64,000 nucleotides of DNA from Escherichia coli O127:H6 str. E2348/69 (GCF_000026545.1 NC_011601.1), one strand, 5' to 3'. Positions 27,243 through 41,375 are shown, counted from the stretch's first letter. The notes: generated by a model from the letters alone, not told the origin. Program-made: numbers and translations.

Positions 27243-27577
27243 CGTAAAGATACATGCTCATCCGGATCATTTCAACACCCAATCACTGTGACTATTTGTG
27301 GGATGTGGAATTTCCGCAACGGGGAAGTCTGGCATTGTTAGCAGCCATTGGCGACGCTCCCATAAACGCCTGGATGAGTGATTGATGATGGTTTCGCTGA
27401 GAGTATGGATTTTTCGAGAATGGAGGCTATCTCCACTTTACTGGCCGATGATTTATTGCAGCATGATTGATTACCTGACAATGTGTATTCCTCTCCCACG
27501 GATATAATAATTACTTACAAAAAAGGGAGAGGATGCATATTTTAAATATCACTGAAGTGAACAGTTTATTGCCGTTA

Positions 27578-27679
27578 TTAATAGAAATGGAGAAATAAAT
27601 AGGCGTATTCTACAATTGCGACAAAAACAACGATATTAATCAGTTTATGACTGATTTGCTGTACTTTATTCTCTTTCAT
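27578..27679 (-). CDS. ykgR: Small membrane protein YkgR (33 aa)
   Basis: Hand-translated MKENKVQQISHKLINIVVFVAIVEYAYLFLHFY*; one hydrophobic helix. Confidence 0.6.
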   Translation of the reverse strand: MKENKVQQISHKLINIVVFVAIVEYAYLFLHFY

Positions 27680-28151
27680 TGGTACTTCCTCGCTTTAAAA
27701 AAGAGTGCACTTCGTAAGTGCCCTTATATAAATAACGAGTTTGGTCAACCAATTTTTTGACATGTATCACAAATTTGAATAGATGTATTACATCGGCTAT
27801 CTTTTATTGCCCCAACGTCATTGATATATGTCGCCTGAAATCAGTTACGGGAATGAGTCTGATCTCAAGACTGGCCCAGTCCTGGCGTTGATTGGCGCTG
27901 AGGAGCATATCGCATCTCATCGTAACGTCGTATCTCCTGGGGTGTTATACAAGATATCGTTGTAGGTAACCAGGGAGAGGAATTGAGTCTATTAAACCGT
28001 CAACTATGCCGGATACATACTGGATTACACTGCTGGCACGCCTTGCGAGAGAACGTGCCGCAGTGACGGGTTAATTATCTGAAAGAATTTGCGAGGCTGT
28101 ATCGGTTATTCATTGATTTGATAGTTTTACTCTCGGGAGAGTAATCGATAT

Positions 28152-29294
28152 TTAATCCATTAACGGAAACCAGCCAGTTCCTTTCGATGCCTGAATTTGA
28201 TCCCATAGTTTATCCGGAATGGTTAATTCAGGAATGTGTTGTGGATTAAGGGCTGTTTGAATTTCATGACTTCTACCTGATTCAGCTAAAGTCACCCATT
28301 CTGGATTTATCACCAGCCCTTTACCGATCGCAACAAGTGGCAGGCCAGCGGAAATTGCTTCTTGAGCCTGAGACGGTGTGCGTATTTTACCTGCGGCGAT
28401 TACCGGCACTCTGCCTGCAATATGATTTAAAATCAATTCAATAGTTCGGGGGCCATTTGGCGACTCAACAGGGTAGCTATCGTTAATACTGACCAGCGAG
28501 GTATGTATATACGAAATACCGGATGAAATGAGCCGATCAAGGAGTTTATAAGTATCCTCTATCCGCAGTCCCCCTGTTACAGATTCTTCAGGAGATATTC
28601 TGTAACCGATAGCAAAGGGCTTTGTCGCATATTCATAGACTACATTTTTTACTTCCTGTAATACGGCCAGCGGGAAGCGCATACGTCCTTCAAGATCTCC
28701 TCCCCATCGGTCATTACGCTGGTTAAATAGAGGGGAGAAGAAATTCTGCAGAAGGAATCCGTGCGCACCATGAAGTTCAACGCCATCAAAACCTGCTTTA
28801 ATCGCCCTTTTTGTGACATCTCCGAATGCTCTAATGGTTTCCTGAATTTCGTTTTCAGTCATTTCCCTGCTTTGTACCACTCTCTTCATAAAGTCACCAG
28901 ATTTTACGCTTGATGCGCTGGCACTAATAACATCGTTATTTGGCACAAGCTCCGGGATGGCTTTATTACCGGCGTGGAAAATCTGTAAAATAGCCGGAGC
29001 ACCGCCACTTTTTGCTGCAGCTGCTAACTTTTCAAGGCTGTTAATGAAACGGTCGTCATACGCGGCAAATTCATGAGTAAACCCAATGCCGCTTGGCGTG
29101 ACATAGGTGCATCCTGTTATTACTAAACCAACATTTTGTGAGCGACGTTTATAAAATTCGAGTTCTTGCTCAGAGATGGTTCCATCAGGATTAGCTGACC
29201 AGGTTGTCATAGGAGCCATAACGATACGATTACGTAGCTTTATTTTTTCTGTCAGCATAAAAGGAGAAAACAATGATGGGTGTTTATTTGTCAT
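28152..29294 (-). CDS. NADH:flavin oxidoreductase (Old Yellow Enzyme family)
   Basis: 380 aa; OYE-like 'RIVMAPMTTWSANPDGT...GFDGVELHGAHGFLLQNFFSPLFNQRNDRWGG' TIM-barrel motifs. Confidence 0.8.
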   Translation of the reverse strand: MTNKHPSLFSPFMLTEKIKLRNRIVMAPMTTWSANPDGTISEQELEFYKRRSQNVGLVITGCTYVTPSGIGFTHEFAAYDDRFINSLEKLAAAAKSGGAPAILQIFHAGNKAIPELVPNNDVISASASSVKSGDFMKRVVQSREMTENEIQETIRAFGDVTKRAIKAGFDGVELHGAHGFLLQNFFSPLFNQRNDRWGGDLEGRMRFPLAVLQEVKNVVYEYATKPFAIGYRISPEESVTGGLRIEDTYKLLDRLISSGISYIHTSLVSINDSYPVESPNGPRTIELILNHIAGRVPVIAAGKIRTPSQAQEAISAGLPLVAIGKGLVINPEWVTLAESGRSHEIQTALNPQHIPELTIPDKLWDQIQASKGTGWFPLMD

Positions 29295-29465
29295 AACAAT
29301 ACCTCAAATGTTTATCTGATTTTAATGCGTATAATCTTAATAAGTTGAGTTGCTACTTTTTGATGCTTTTTTCTTTAATAGAATTCTTTTTGAGTAATTT
29401 CATTATTGTCGTGTAGTCAATAAAGGATAAATGTCAGGGAGATAATGAATCTCCCTGCAAGGTTA

Positions 29466-30386
29466 TTACAAATGTGTTTTGTAAAAAGGAATTAATTTAT
29501 CGAGCGCCTGTTTCACAGGTTCTGGCTTATCATACAGGTCGTAATGTGAATAACCTTCAACCACGACTAACTCTTTATGTTTTGAGGCAGCGCGGCCAAT
29601 AATTTCGCAGCCGTCACGGTAGGCACCAAATGCGCCCACTCTATCGCCCACCACAACCATTATTGGTTGAGTTAACAGGACTTCTGCAAGATGAAATGCA
29701 TCCCAACCCACGGCAACAGTCTGATGTGAGAATAGCGAACGATTTACCCCATTAGGTGCACAGCCTCGTGGCGAACGATAATATTCTGTGGCTTCAAAAA
29801 GGTCTATTTCTGTTAATTCCGCTTCAAGAGCTGCATCCGGAGAAGAGGGGAGTAAATCATCTACGCGAAGTTTTGCGCCGTTAGCTTCGTCTGTTCTTTG
29901 TTGCGCCATTGCTTCGAGTGCTCCGATAGGATTAAACGCTGTAAATCCCTCACGCATAAGACGCCCGTAGTTTGCACCCGTGACAGTACCAATAGCTTTA
30001 ATTCGACGTTCTGTCATTGCGGCATTAATGGCATATCCACCTCCACCACAAATACCCAGTACACCAATACGCCCGGCATCAACGTAAGGTAAGGTGGTAA
30101 GGTAATCAACGACAATGCTGAAGTCTTTTACTCGCATTGTTGGATCTTCCAGATAACGCGGTTCCCCACCGCTGCTTCCCTGAAAACTGGCATCAAAAGC
30201 AATGACGATAAAGCCAGCTTTTGCCAGGGCGGCACCATACACACTACCCGATGTCTGTTCTTTGCAGCTTCCAATTGGATGGGCGCTGATAATGGCAGGA
30301 TACTTTTTTTCACTATTAAAATCGTCAGGGAAATAGATATCAGCAGCTATATCCCAGTAAGTGTGTTTTATCGAAACAGTTTTCAT
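29466..30386 (-). CDS. Alpha/beta hydrolase (dienelactone hydrolase-like)
   Basis: 306 aa; nucleophile-elbow-like 'GVLGICGGGGYA'; directly upstream of and co-oriented with the OYE gene. Confidence 0.75.
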   Translation of the reverse strand: MKTVSIKHTYWDIAADIYFPDDFNSEKKYPAIISAHPIGSCKEQTSGSVYGAALAKAGFIVIAFDASFQGSSGGEPRYLEDPTMRVKDFSIVVDYLTTLPYVDAGRIGVLGICGGGGYAINAAMTERRIKAIGTVTGANYGRLMREGFTAFNPIGALEAMAQQRTDEANGAKLRVDDLLPSSPDAALEAELTEIDLFEATEYYRSPRGCAPNGVNRSLFSHQTVAVGWDAFHLAEVLLTQPIMVVVGDRVGAFGAYRDGCEIIGRAASKHKELVVVEGYSHYDLYDKPEPVKQALDKLIPFYKTHL

Positions 30387-30542
30387 TTCAAGCTCCGGGG
30401 ATTTGCCTAAACAGATTTAAATATCATTTCTATTATCCGCAACTGGCATTCGTGTTCATATCGAGAACGGCGTAATAGTATGACTTGTATTGGTTATCAT
30501 CAATGGTCTAATATCTATCACAGTGTTAAGTTAAGGTTTACA

Positions 30543-31469
30543 ATGATGAAAATAGAGCCTTCAATTTTGCCTTCTCTTGCCTGGTTTGCGCTTATTGTTC
30601 GTGCCGGCAGTTTTTCCAGAGCCGCTTCTGAAATGGGTATTACGCGGGCCGCATTGTCCCAGAATTTAAAATCTCTTGAGGAACGTCTTAACACCAAGCT
30701 GATATACCGTACGACCCGCAATATGTCGCTTACTGAGGAAGGACAGCGTCTGTATGAAGTGCTGGTGTCGGCTTTGGGGCAAATTGATGATGCTTTGAAA
30801 GATGTTGGTGATACCCAACTTGAACCTACAGGCCTGTTGAGAATAAATTCCTCCCGTGTTGCAGCAAGGATGCTTATTGAGCCTCATATTGGCGAGTTTC
30901 TTACTCGTTACCCCAAAACAAAGATAGAACTCATTATGGATGACGGTTTATCTAACATTATTGCGGACGGCTGTGATGTGGGCATACGTCTTGAGCAAGG
31001 ACTGGATGAGCATATGACTGCCGTTCCTGTTTCTCCGCTTATTAAACTGGTTACTGTGGCATCGCCAGATTATTTAAAAGAACACGGTATTCCTGAAACG
31101 CCTCAGGAACTGAGTAACCATAATTGCCTTCGGTTGCGGCATAAAAGTAGCGGTGCACTCTCTGCATGGGAGTTTTCTAATGTTGCGGGCGGGAATGAAG
31201 AGTTCGAAATAGAGGTTTCAGGTAAGTATATTTCTAATGATGACGAAAGCATGATACGAATGGCGCTGAATGGAACGGGTATCATTCAACATCTGGATTT
31301 TGCAATCGCTGAACATATCAATGCGGGCAAGTTACAGCCGATTCTTGAGGATTGGGCCGTTTCATTTCCTGGGTTTTATATATATGTTTCATCACGGGTG
31401 AGAATGCCCTCTAAAGTTCGTGCTTTTATTGATTTTATGGTGGAGAAAAGAGTAAAAATAGAAAGTTAA
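30543..31469 (+). CDS. LysR-family transcriptional regulator (divergent from the hydrolase-OYE operon)
   Basis: N-terminal HTH 'LAWFALIVRAGSFSRAASEMGITRAALSQNLKSLEERL'; start chosen at an internal Met of ORF 30480..31469. Confidence 0.8.
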   Translation: MMKIEPSILPSLAWFALIVRAGSFSRAASEMGITRAALSQNLKSLEERLNTKLIYRTTRNMSLTEEGQRLYEVLVSALGQIDDALKDVGDTQLEPTGLLRINSSRVAARMLIEPHIGEFLTRYPKTKIELIMDDGLSNIIADGCDVGIRLEQGLDEHMTAVPVSPLIKLVTVASPDYLKEHGIPETPQELSNHNCLRLRHKSSGALSAWEFSNVAGGNEEFEIEVSGKYISNDDESMIRMALNGTGIIQHLDFAIAEHINAGKLQPILEDWAVSFPGFYIYVSSRVRMPSKVRAFIDFMVEKRVKIES

Positions 31470-31551
31470 TGATGTGTGTCAGAATATCGGTAAGAAGAAT
31501 GGCACAATCGTGAGGGTACGTTTATTCATAATAAATCTCCTGAAAGTTTAG

Positions 31552-34475
<2,924 letters not shown>

Positions 34476-35025
34476 TTATCGTTCATGAGAAGCATAACGT
34501 AAAGGGAAAAGCTCGATTAGACGGCAGGATTTGTCAGGGGTTATGAACGAAATTCATAAATCTGTTTGAATGTGGCGATGAGTCGTGCAAGTTCGATATC
34601 CCTGCAATTCACAGTCTGATGAAGGAAAATGAATATCCATAAAAAATATATTGGTTTATCCTGGTGTATATACCTACTTCGACGTATTCCCAATAGCGAT
34701 TAATTAAAGACAGGTCATTATTATTCACTCTTAATAATGAATTATTCACTGCCCGCAGAGTAAGAAATATAACTTAAGTATCTATTTAATAACTTGCACA
34801 AAAAGCTAAATTTTTACCCATAAATAAAAATATAATCCCGCGCCCAACCACCTGATGAGTGGCTACAGACACTGGATATATTAGGTGGCGGTGTACTTTC
34901 TTACATAAAGGTATTTCCTTTTCTGCGGAAAAGGAAATCGGGGATTTCCCGGTTTTTCTGACAGGCAGACGCCATTATTTGTGTCTGCCTATGTTCGTTA
35001 ATTCGTTCATCAGGAAATTATCTCA

Positions 35026-38000
35026 ATGTCACGTTATAAAACAGGTCATAAACAACCACGATTTCGTTATTCAGTTCTGGCCCGCTGCGTGGCGTGGACA
35101 AATATCTCTGTTCAGGTTCTTTTTCCACTCGCTGTCACCTTTACCCCAGTAATGGCGGCACGTGCGCAGCATGCGGTTCAGCCACGGTTGAGCATGGGAA
35201 ATACTACGGTAACTGCTGATAATAACGTGGAGAAAAATGTCGCGTCGTTTGCCGCAAATGCCGGGACATTTTTAAGCAGTCAGCCAGATAGCGATGCGAC
35301 ACGTAATTTTATTACCGGAATGGCCACCGCTAAAGCTAACCAGGAAATTCAGGAGTGGCTCGGGAAATATGGTACAGCGCGCGTCAAACTGAATGTCGAT
35401 AAAGATTTCTCGCTGAAGGACTCTTCGCTGGAAATGCTTTATCCGATTTATGATACACCGACAAATATGTTGTTCACTCAGGGGGCAATACATCGTACCG
35501 ACGATCGTACTCAGTCAAATATTGGTTTTGGCTGGCGTCATTTTTCAGAAAATGACTGGATGGCGGGGGTGAATACTTTTATCGATCATGATTTATCCCG
35601 TAGTCATACCCGCATTGGTGTTGGTGCGGAATACTGGCGTGATTATTTGAAACTGAGCGCCAATGGTTATATCCGGGCTTCTGGCTGGAAAAAATCGCCG
35701 GATGTTGAGGATTATCAGGAACGCCCGGCGAATGGCTGGGATATTCGTGCTGAGGGCTATTTACCTGCCTGGCCGCAGCTTGGCGCAAGCCTGATGTATG
35801 AACAGTATTATGGCGATGAAGTCGGGCTGTTTGGTAAAGATAAACGCCAGAAAGATCCACATGCGATTACCGCTGAAGTGAATTACACGCCAGTGCCTCT
35901 TCTGACCCTGAGTGCCGGGCATAAGCAGGGCAAGAGTGGTGAGAATGACACTCGCTTTGGCCTGGAAGTTAATTATCGGATTGGCGAACCTCTGGAAAAA
36001 CAACTCGATACAGACAGCATTCGCGAGCGTCGAATGTTGGCAGGCAGCCGCTATGACCTGGTTGAGCGTAATAACAATATCGTTCTTGAGTATCGCAAAT
36101 CTGAAGTGATCCGTATTGCTCTGCCTGAGCGTATTGAAGGCAAGGGCGGCCAGACGGTTTCCCTGGGGCTTGTGGTCAGCAAAGCAACTCACGGTCTGAA
36201 AAATGTGCAATGGGAAGCGCCGTCTTTGCTGGCCGCAGGCGGAAAAATTACGGGGCAGGGCAATCAGTGGCAAGTGACGCTCCCGGCTTATCAGGCAGGC
36301 AAAGACAATTATTATGCGATTTCAGCGATTGCCTACGATAACAAAGGCAATGCCTCGAAACGTGTGCAGACAGAAGTGGTTATTAGCGGAGCTGGTATGA
36401 GCGCCGATCGTACGGCGTTAACGCTTGACGGTCAGAGCCGTATTCAAATGCTTGCTAACGGTAATGAGCAAAAGCCGTTGGTGCTGTCTCTGCGCGACGC
36501 CGAGGGGCAGCCAGTCACGGGCATGAAAGATCAGATCAAGACTGAACTAACCTTCAAACCGGCTGGAAATATTGTGACTCGTACCCTGAAGGCCACTAAA
36601 TCACAGGCAAAGCCAACACTGGGTGAGTTCACCGAAACTGAAGCAGGGGTGTATCAGTCTGTCTTTACTACCGGAACGCAGTCAGGTGAGGCAACGATTA
36701 CTGTTAGCGTTGATGACATGAGCAAAACTGTCACTGCAGAACTGCGGGCCACGATGATGAATGTGGCAAACTCCACCCTGAGCGCTAACGAGCCGTCAGG
36801 TGATGTGGTTGCTGATGGTCGGCAAGCCTACACGCTGACACTGACAGCGGTGGACTCCGAGGGTAATCCGGTGACGGGAGAAGCCAGCCGCCTGCGACTT
36901 GTTCCGCAAGACACTAATGGTGTAACCGTTGGTGCCATTTCGGAAATAAAACCAGGGGGTTACAGCGCCACGGTTTCTTCGACCCGTGCCGGAAACGTTG
37001 TTGTGCGTGTCTTCAGCGAGCAGTATCAGCTGGGCACATTACAACAAACGCTGAAGTTTGTTGCCGGGCCGCTTGATGCAGCACATTCGTCCATCACCCT
37101 GAATCCTGATAAACCGGTGGTTGGCGGTACAGTTACGGCAATCTGGACGGCAAAAGATGCTAATGACAACCCTGTAACTGGCCTCAATCCGGATGCACCG
37201 TCATTATCGGGCGCAGCTGCTGCTGGTTCTACGGCATCAGGCTGGACGGATAATGGCGACGGGACCTGGACTGCGCAGATTTCTCTCGGCACTACGGCGG
37301 GTGAATTAGACGTTATGCCGAAGCTCAATGGGCAGGACGCGGCAGCAAATGCGGCAAAAGTAACCGTGGTGGCTGATGCATTATCTTCAAACCAGTCGAA
37401 AGTCTCTGTCGCAGAAGATCACGTAAAAGCCGGTGAAAGCACAACCGTAACGCTGGTGGCGAAAGATGCGCATGGCAACGCTATCAGTGGTCTTTCGTTG
37501 TCGGCAAGTTTGACGGGGACCGCCTCTGAAGGGGCGACCGTTTCCAGTTGGACCGAAAAAGGTGACGGTTCCTATGTTGCTACGTTAACTACAGGCGGAA
37601 AGACGGGCGAGCTTCGTGTCATGCCGCTCTTCAACGGCCAGCCTGCAGCCACCGAAGCCGCGCAGCTGACTGTTATTGCCGGAGAGATGTCATCAGCGAA
37701 CTCTACGCTTGTTGCGGACAATAAAACTCCAACGGTTAAAACGACGACGGAACTCACCTTCACCGTGAAGGATGCGTACGGGAATCCGGTCACCGGGCTG
37801 AAGCCAGATGCACCAGTGTTTAGTGGTGCCGCCAGCACGGGGAGTGAGCGTCCTTCAGCAGGAAACTGGACAGAGAAAGGTAATGGGGTCTACGTGTCGA
37901 CCTTAACGCTGGGATCTGCCGCGGGTCAGTTGTCTGTGATGCCGCGAGTGAACGGCCAAAATGCCGTTGCTCAGCCACTGGTGCTGAATGTTGCAGGTGA

Positions 38001-39276
38001 CGCATCTAAGGCTGAGATTCGTGATATGACAGTGAAGGTTAATAACCAACTGGCTAATGGACAGTCTGCTAACCAGATAACCCTGACCGTCGTGGACAGC
38101 TATGGTAACCCGTTGCAGGGGCAAGAAGTTACGCTGACTTTACCGCAGGGTGTGACCAGCAAGACGGGGAATACAGTAACAACCAATGCGGCAGGGAAAG
38201 TGGACATTGAGCTTATGTCAACGGTTGCAGGGGAACTTGAGATCGAGGCCTCGGTGAAAAACTCTCAGAAGACGGTCAAGGTGAAATTCAAGGCGGATTT
38301 CAGTACCGGTCAGGCGAGCCTGGAGGTAGACGCCGCTGCTCAAAAAGTGGCAAACGGCAAAGATGCCTTTACGCTGACGGCAACGGTTAAGGATCAATAC
38401 GGCAACCTTCTTCCTGGCGCTGTGGTCGTCTTTAATCTGCCTCGGGGCGTCAAACCGCTTGCAGACGGTAATATCATGGTGAACGCCGACAAGGAGGGTA
38501 AAGCGGAACTGAAAGTGGGTTCCGTGACTGCCGGAACCTATGAGATCACGGCGTCAGCAGGAAATGACCAGCCTTCGAATGCGCAGTCTGTAACGTTTGT
38601 GGCTGATAAGACTACGGCGACCATCTCCAGTATTGAGGTGATTGGCAACCGTGCAGTGGCGGACGGCAAAACCAAACAGACGTATAAAGTTACGGTGACT
38701 GATGCCAATAACAACCTGCTGAAAGATAGCGAAGTGACGCTGACTGCCAGCCCGGAAAATTTAGTTCTGACTCCCAATGGGACGGCGACAACGAATGAGC
38801 AAGGGCAGGCTATTTTCACCGCCACGACCACTGTCGCAGCGACATATACACTCACGGCGAAAGTGGAACAGGCCGACGGTCAGGAATCGACGAAAACTGC
38901 CGAATCTAAATTCGTCGCGGATGATAAAAACGCGGTGCTCGCTGCATCTCCAGAGCGTGTAGATTCTCTGGTGGCGGACGGGAAGACTACTGCAACACTG
39001 ACGGTTACTCTGATGTCGGGTGTCAACCCCGTAGGAGGAACCATGTGGGTCGACATTGAGGCTCCGGAAGGGGTGACAGAGGCGGATTATCAGTTCCTGC
39101 CGTCGAAAAATGACCATTTCGCGAGCGGGAAAATCACGCGTACATTTAGTACCAACAAGCCAGGTACATACACATTCACATTCAACTCTTTGACATATGG
39201 AGGGTATGAAATGAAACCAGTGACTGTGACAATTAACGCCGTTCCTGCAGATACTGAAGGCGCTGAGGAGAAATAA
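35026..39276 (+). CDS. eaeH: Intimin/invasin-like adhesin EaeH (FdeC), full length
   Basis: 1416 aa; N-terminal 'MSRYKTGHKQPRFRYSVLARCVAWTNISVQVLFPLAVTF', inverse-autotransporter-like region, then many Thr/Val-rich Ig-like repeats. Confidence 0.85.
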   Translation: MSRYKTGHKQPRFRYSVLARCVAWTNISVQVLFPLAVTFTPVMAARAQHAVQPRLSMGNTTVTADNNVEKNVASFAANAGTFLSSQPDSDATRNFITGMATAKANQEIQEWLGKYGTARVKLNVDKDFSLKDSSLEMLYPIYDTPTNMLFTQGAIHRTDDRTQSNIGFGWRHFSENDWMAGVNTFIDHDLSRSHTRIGVGAEYWRDYLKLSANGYIRASGWKKSPDVEDYQERPANGWDIRAEGYLPAWPQLGASLMYEQYYGDEVGLFGKDKRQKDPHAITAEVNYTPVPLLTLSAGHKQGKSGENDTRFGLEVNYRIGEPLEKQLDTDSIRERRMLAGSRYDLVERNNNIVLEYRKSEVIRIALPERIEGKGGQTVSLGLVVSKATHGLKNVQWEAPSLLAAGGKITGQGNQWQVTLPAYQAGKDNYYAISAIAYDNKGNASKRVQTEVVISGAGMSADRTALTLDGQSRIQMLANGNEQKPLVLSLRDAEGQPVTGMKDQIKTELTFKPAGNIVTRTLKATKSQAKPTLGEFTETEAGVYQSVFTTGTQSGEATITVSVDDMSKTVTAELRATMMNVANSTLSANEPSGDVVADGRQAYTLTLTAVDSEGNPVTGEASRLRLVPQDTNGVTVGAISEIKPGGYSATVSSTRAGNVVVRVFSEQYQLGTLQQTLKFVAGPLDAAHSSITLNPDKPVVGGTVTAIWTAKDANDNPVTGLNPDAPSLSGAAAAGSTASGWTDNGDGTWTAQISLGTTAGELDVMPKLNGQDAAANAAKVTVVADALSSNQSKVSVAEDHVKAGESTTVTLVAKDAHGNAISGLSLSASLTGTASEGATVSSWTEKGDGSYVATLTTGGKTGELRVMPLFNGQPAATEAAQLTVIAGEMSSANSTLVADNKTPTVKTTTELTFTVKDAYGNPVTGLKPDAPVFSGAASTGSERPSAGNWTEKGNGVYVSTLTLGSAAGQLSVMPRVNGQNAVAQPLVLNVAGDASKAEIRDMTVKVNNQLANGQSANQITLTVVDSYGNPLQGQEVTLTLPQGVTSKTGNTVTTNAAGKVDIELMSTVAGELEIEASVKNSQKTVKVKFKADFSTGQASLEVDAAAQKVANGKDAFTLTATVKDQYGNLLPGAVVVFNLPRGVKPLADGNIMVNADKEGKAELKVGSVTAGTYEITASAGNDQPSNAQSVTFVADKTTATISSIEVIGNRAVADGKTKQTYKVTVTDANNNLLKDSEVTLTASPENLVLTPNGTATTNEQGQAIFTATTTVAATYTLTAKVEQADGQESTKTAESKFVADDKNAVLAASPERVDSLVADGKTTATLTVTLMSGVNPVGGTMWVDIEAPEGVTEADYQFLPSKNDHFASGKITRTFSTNKPGTYTFTFNSLTYGGYEMKPVTVTINAVPADTEGAEEK

Positions 39277-39400
39277 AAACGACGATGTAATGAATAATAA
39301 TGGCGTTGACATGCGCAGCGCCATTATTTACTGAATACCTACCCTGGTACCGATTAGACGGTGGCAGGGTAGGGTAAATCTTATGTGATGGAGTTACAGG

Positions 39401-40258
39401 CTAAACCGGGCGAACGGGGATAAAAATTTCGCAAACAATGTTATTGCTATCAATTTCGACGAAGTTTTCATTGTAATAAAATCGCTCAATATCACTGCCG
39501 TTCACTCTGGCTAACCCCCTGGCAGGTAATTCCATCAGATAGAGGTTTCGCGCCCATTCAGGGTAGTGCTCCCACTCACCTTCATAGCGGAAAGAGGCAT
39601 ACAGTCCTCGGTTAATTGTCCACTCTTTCGGCATCTCTGAATCGGTTTGTTTGCATACCGTACCGGCAAAAGTTTCAACTGTGAGCAAATCGACCGATTT
39701 TGTTGATGGTTCGAACGTGGAGACGAAATAGATATCCGTCTTAAAATTCTTCATACATCTGACTAAATGATGACGTCGCAGTTTGACTTCTTCATCCGGT
39801 AATTTATTCGACACTTCAATATCATATTTAAATGAATTGCCAAAAATAGGTGTCTCAGGAAAGTTGACTAATCTACACTCCGTCTTTTGCTGTTGACGTA
39901 TTAAAAAAGAAGGGAAGATATTTGCGAGATCCCAATAATCACGGTGGCGGTATTCACGGGGAGAGCAGCCGAATAACTTTTTAAATTCGCGGCTGAATGA
40001 CTGCTGTGAATCAAAATGCAAAGAGAGTGCAATATCAAGCATAGATTTCGCGGAGAGCCGGACAAGAATGGCGGCACGACAAAGCCTGCGTTTGCGAATG
40101 TATTCTCCCAAAGGCACATGCATGAAATTTCGGAACAGAAGCTGGATGTTGCGTCTGCTGTAGCCAGATTTCTGTGCGATATCTTCGATTGAAATAGGGT
40201 GCTCAAGATTGCACTCAATCCACTCCAGGAGCTGCTGTAGAATCTTCTGCCTGATCAT
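39401..40258 (-). CDS. ykgA: AraC-family regulator with GyrI-like effector domain (YkgA-like)
   Basis: AraC HTH 'IEDIAQKSGYSRRNIQLLFRNF...' plus C-terminal GyrI-like region; start chosen at the Met preceded by GGAG (ORF track start is 40291). Confidence 0.7.
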   Translation of the reverse strand: MIRQKILQQLLEWIECNLEHPISIEDIAQKSGYSRRNIQLLFRNFMHVPLGEYIRKRRLCRAAILVRLSAKSMLDIALSLHFDSQQSFSREFKKLFGCSPREYRHRDYWDLANIFPSFLIRQQQKTECRLVNFPETPIFGNSFKYDIEVSNKLPDEEVKLRRHHLVRCMKNFKTDIYFVSTFEPSTKSVDLLTVETFAGTVCKQTDSEMPKEWTINRGLYASFRYEGEWEHYPEWARNLYLMELPARGLARVNGSDIERFYYNENFVEIDSNNIVCEIFIPVRPV

Positions 40259-40505
40259 CACATTCTCCGTTAATTCTTTGTCATATCGCACATTTTCGTT
40301 ATGTCCTGGGCCCTAAGTGTATCAAAAACAGCAAGGCGCAAGGCAAAAGCACTGATAGCGTCTGCTTCATTGCCCCAAAAATAGAGAGGTTTCAGTCCTA
40401 CATTATTAATGAATTTTTTGCATAAGTGATATCAAAATCCACATACTAATTCGAGGTTACGTTTTAACGTAGACTCATTGCTCATACCTAATGGAGGGAC
40501 TGACA

Positions 40506-41375
40506 GTGGAATTTTCCGTATTAAGTAACAATCTGAAAATGCCGATGATGGGATTTGGTGTTTTTCAGGTTACCGATAAAGACGTGTGCAAACAGTCAGT
40601 GTTGAATGCTATCCGCACGGGTTATCGACTCATCGACACTGCAGCGGTATACGGTAATGAAGATGCCGTCGGTGAAGCCGTTCGTGAAGCCATATCTGAA
40701 GGTTTATGTACCCGAGAAGAGTTATTTATAACGTCTAAATTGTGGGTGCAGGATATGTTGAATCAGGATATTGCAGCAGCAGGTATTGAAGCATCATTAA
40801 AAAAATCGGGGCTAGAATACTTCGATCTCTATTTATTGCACCAGGCCATGCGCGATTATTTCAGTGCGTGGCGTGCACTCGAAGATGCCTATGAAGAGGG
40901 CAAATTAAAAGCGATTGGGGTTTCCAATTTCTACCCTCATGTTCTGGCGAACTTTTGTGAAACGGTAAGAGTTAAACCGATGGTCAACCAGGTCGAGTTG
41001 CATCCCTATTTTGCCCAACCAGAGGCGCTGGCAACCATGAAGTATTATAATGTGCAGCCTGAAGCATGGGCTCCGTTAGGTGGTGGACGACATAAACCCT
41101 TTGAAAATAATCTGCTTCAGAGTATTGCAGATGCCCATCAAAAATCGATTTCTCAGGTCATTCTGCGTTGGAATATTCAACGGGGAGTGGTCGTTATTCC
41201 GAAATCAACACATCAACAGCGTATCGAAGAAAATTTTGCTATCTGGGATTTCTCACTGACAGAGAAAGAAATGGCGCAAATTAGTTCGCTTGATTTGGGT
41301 TATGTTGGGGAATCGGTAAAACATTTTAATCCTGAGTTTGTTCGTGGTTGTCTTGCTGTAAAAATACATGATTGA
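40506..41375 (+). CDS. Aldo/keto reductase, intact (ykgQ-like position)
   Basis: '[43 protein letters not shown]'; likely GTG start at 40506 behind GGAGGG (ORF track start 40491). Confidence 0.75.
   Translation: MEFSVLSNNLKMPMMGFGVFQVTDKDVCKQSVLNAIRTGYRLIDTAAVYGNEDAVGEAVREAISEGLCTREELFITSKLWVQDMLNQDIAAAGIEASLKKSGLEYFDLYLLHQAMRDYFSAWRALEDAYEEGKLKAIGVSNFYPHVLANFCETVRVKPMVNQVELHPYFAQPEALATMKYYNVQPEAWAPLGGGRHKPFENNLLQSIADAHQKSISQVILRWNIQRGVVVIPKSTHQQRIEENFAIWDFSLTEKEMAQISSLDLGYVGESVKHFNPEFVRGCLAVKIHD

Noticed and set aside
28008-28076. 22-codon ORF MPDTYWITLLARLARERAAVTG between ykgR and the OYE gene
   Set aside because: No RBS and no supporting features; noted only because it sits at the junction between K-12-like backbone and the extra gene block.
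35761-39324. ORFs on the minus strand within eaeH (e.g. 35761..36273, 38761..39324)
   Set aside because: Antisense shadows of the long repeat-rich adhesin gene.
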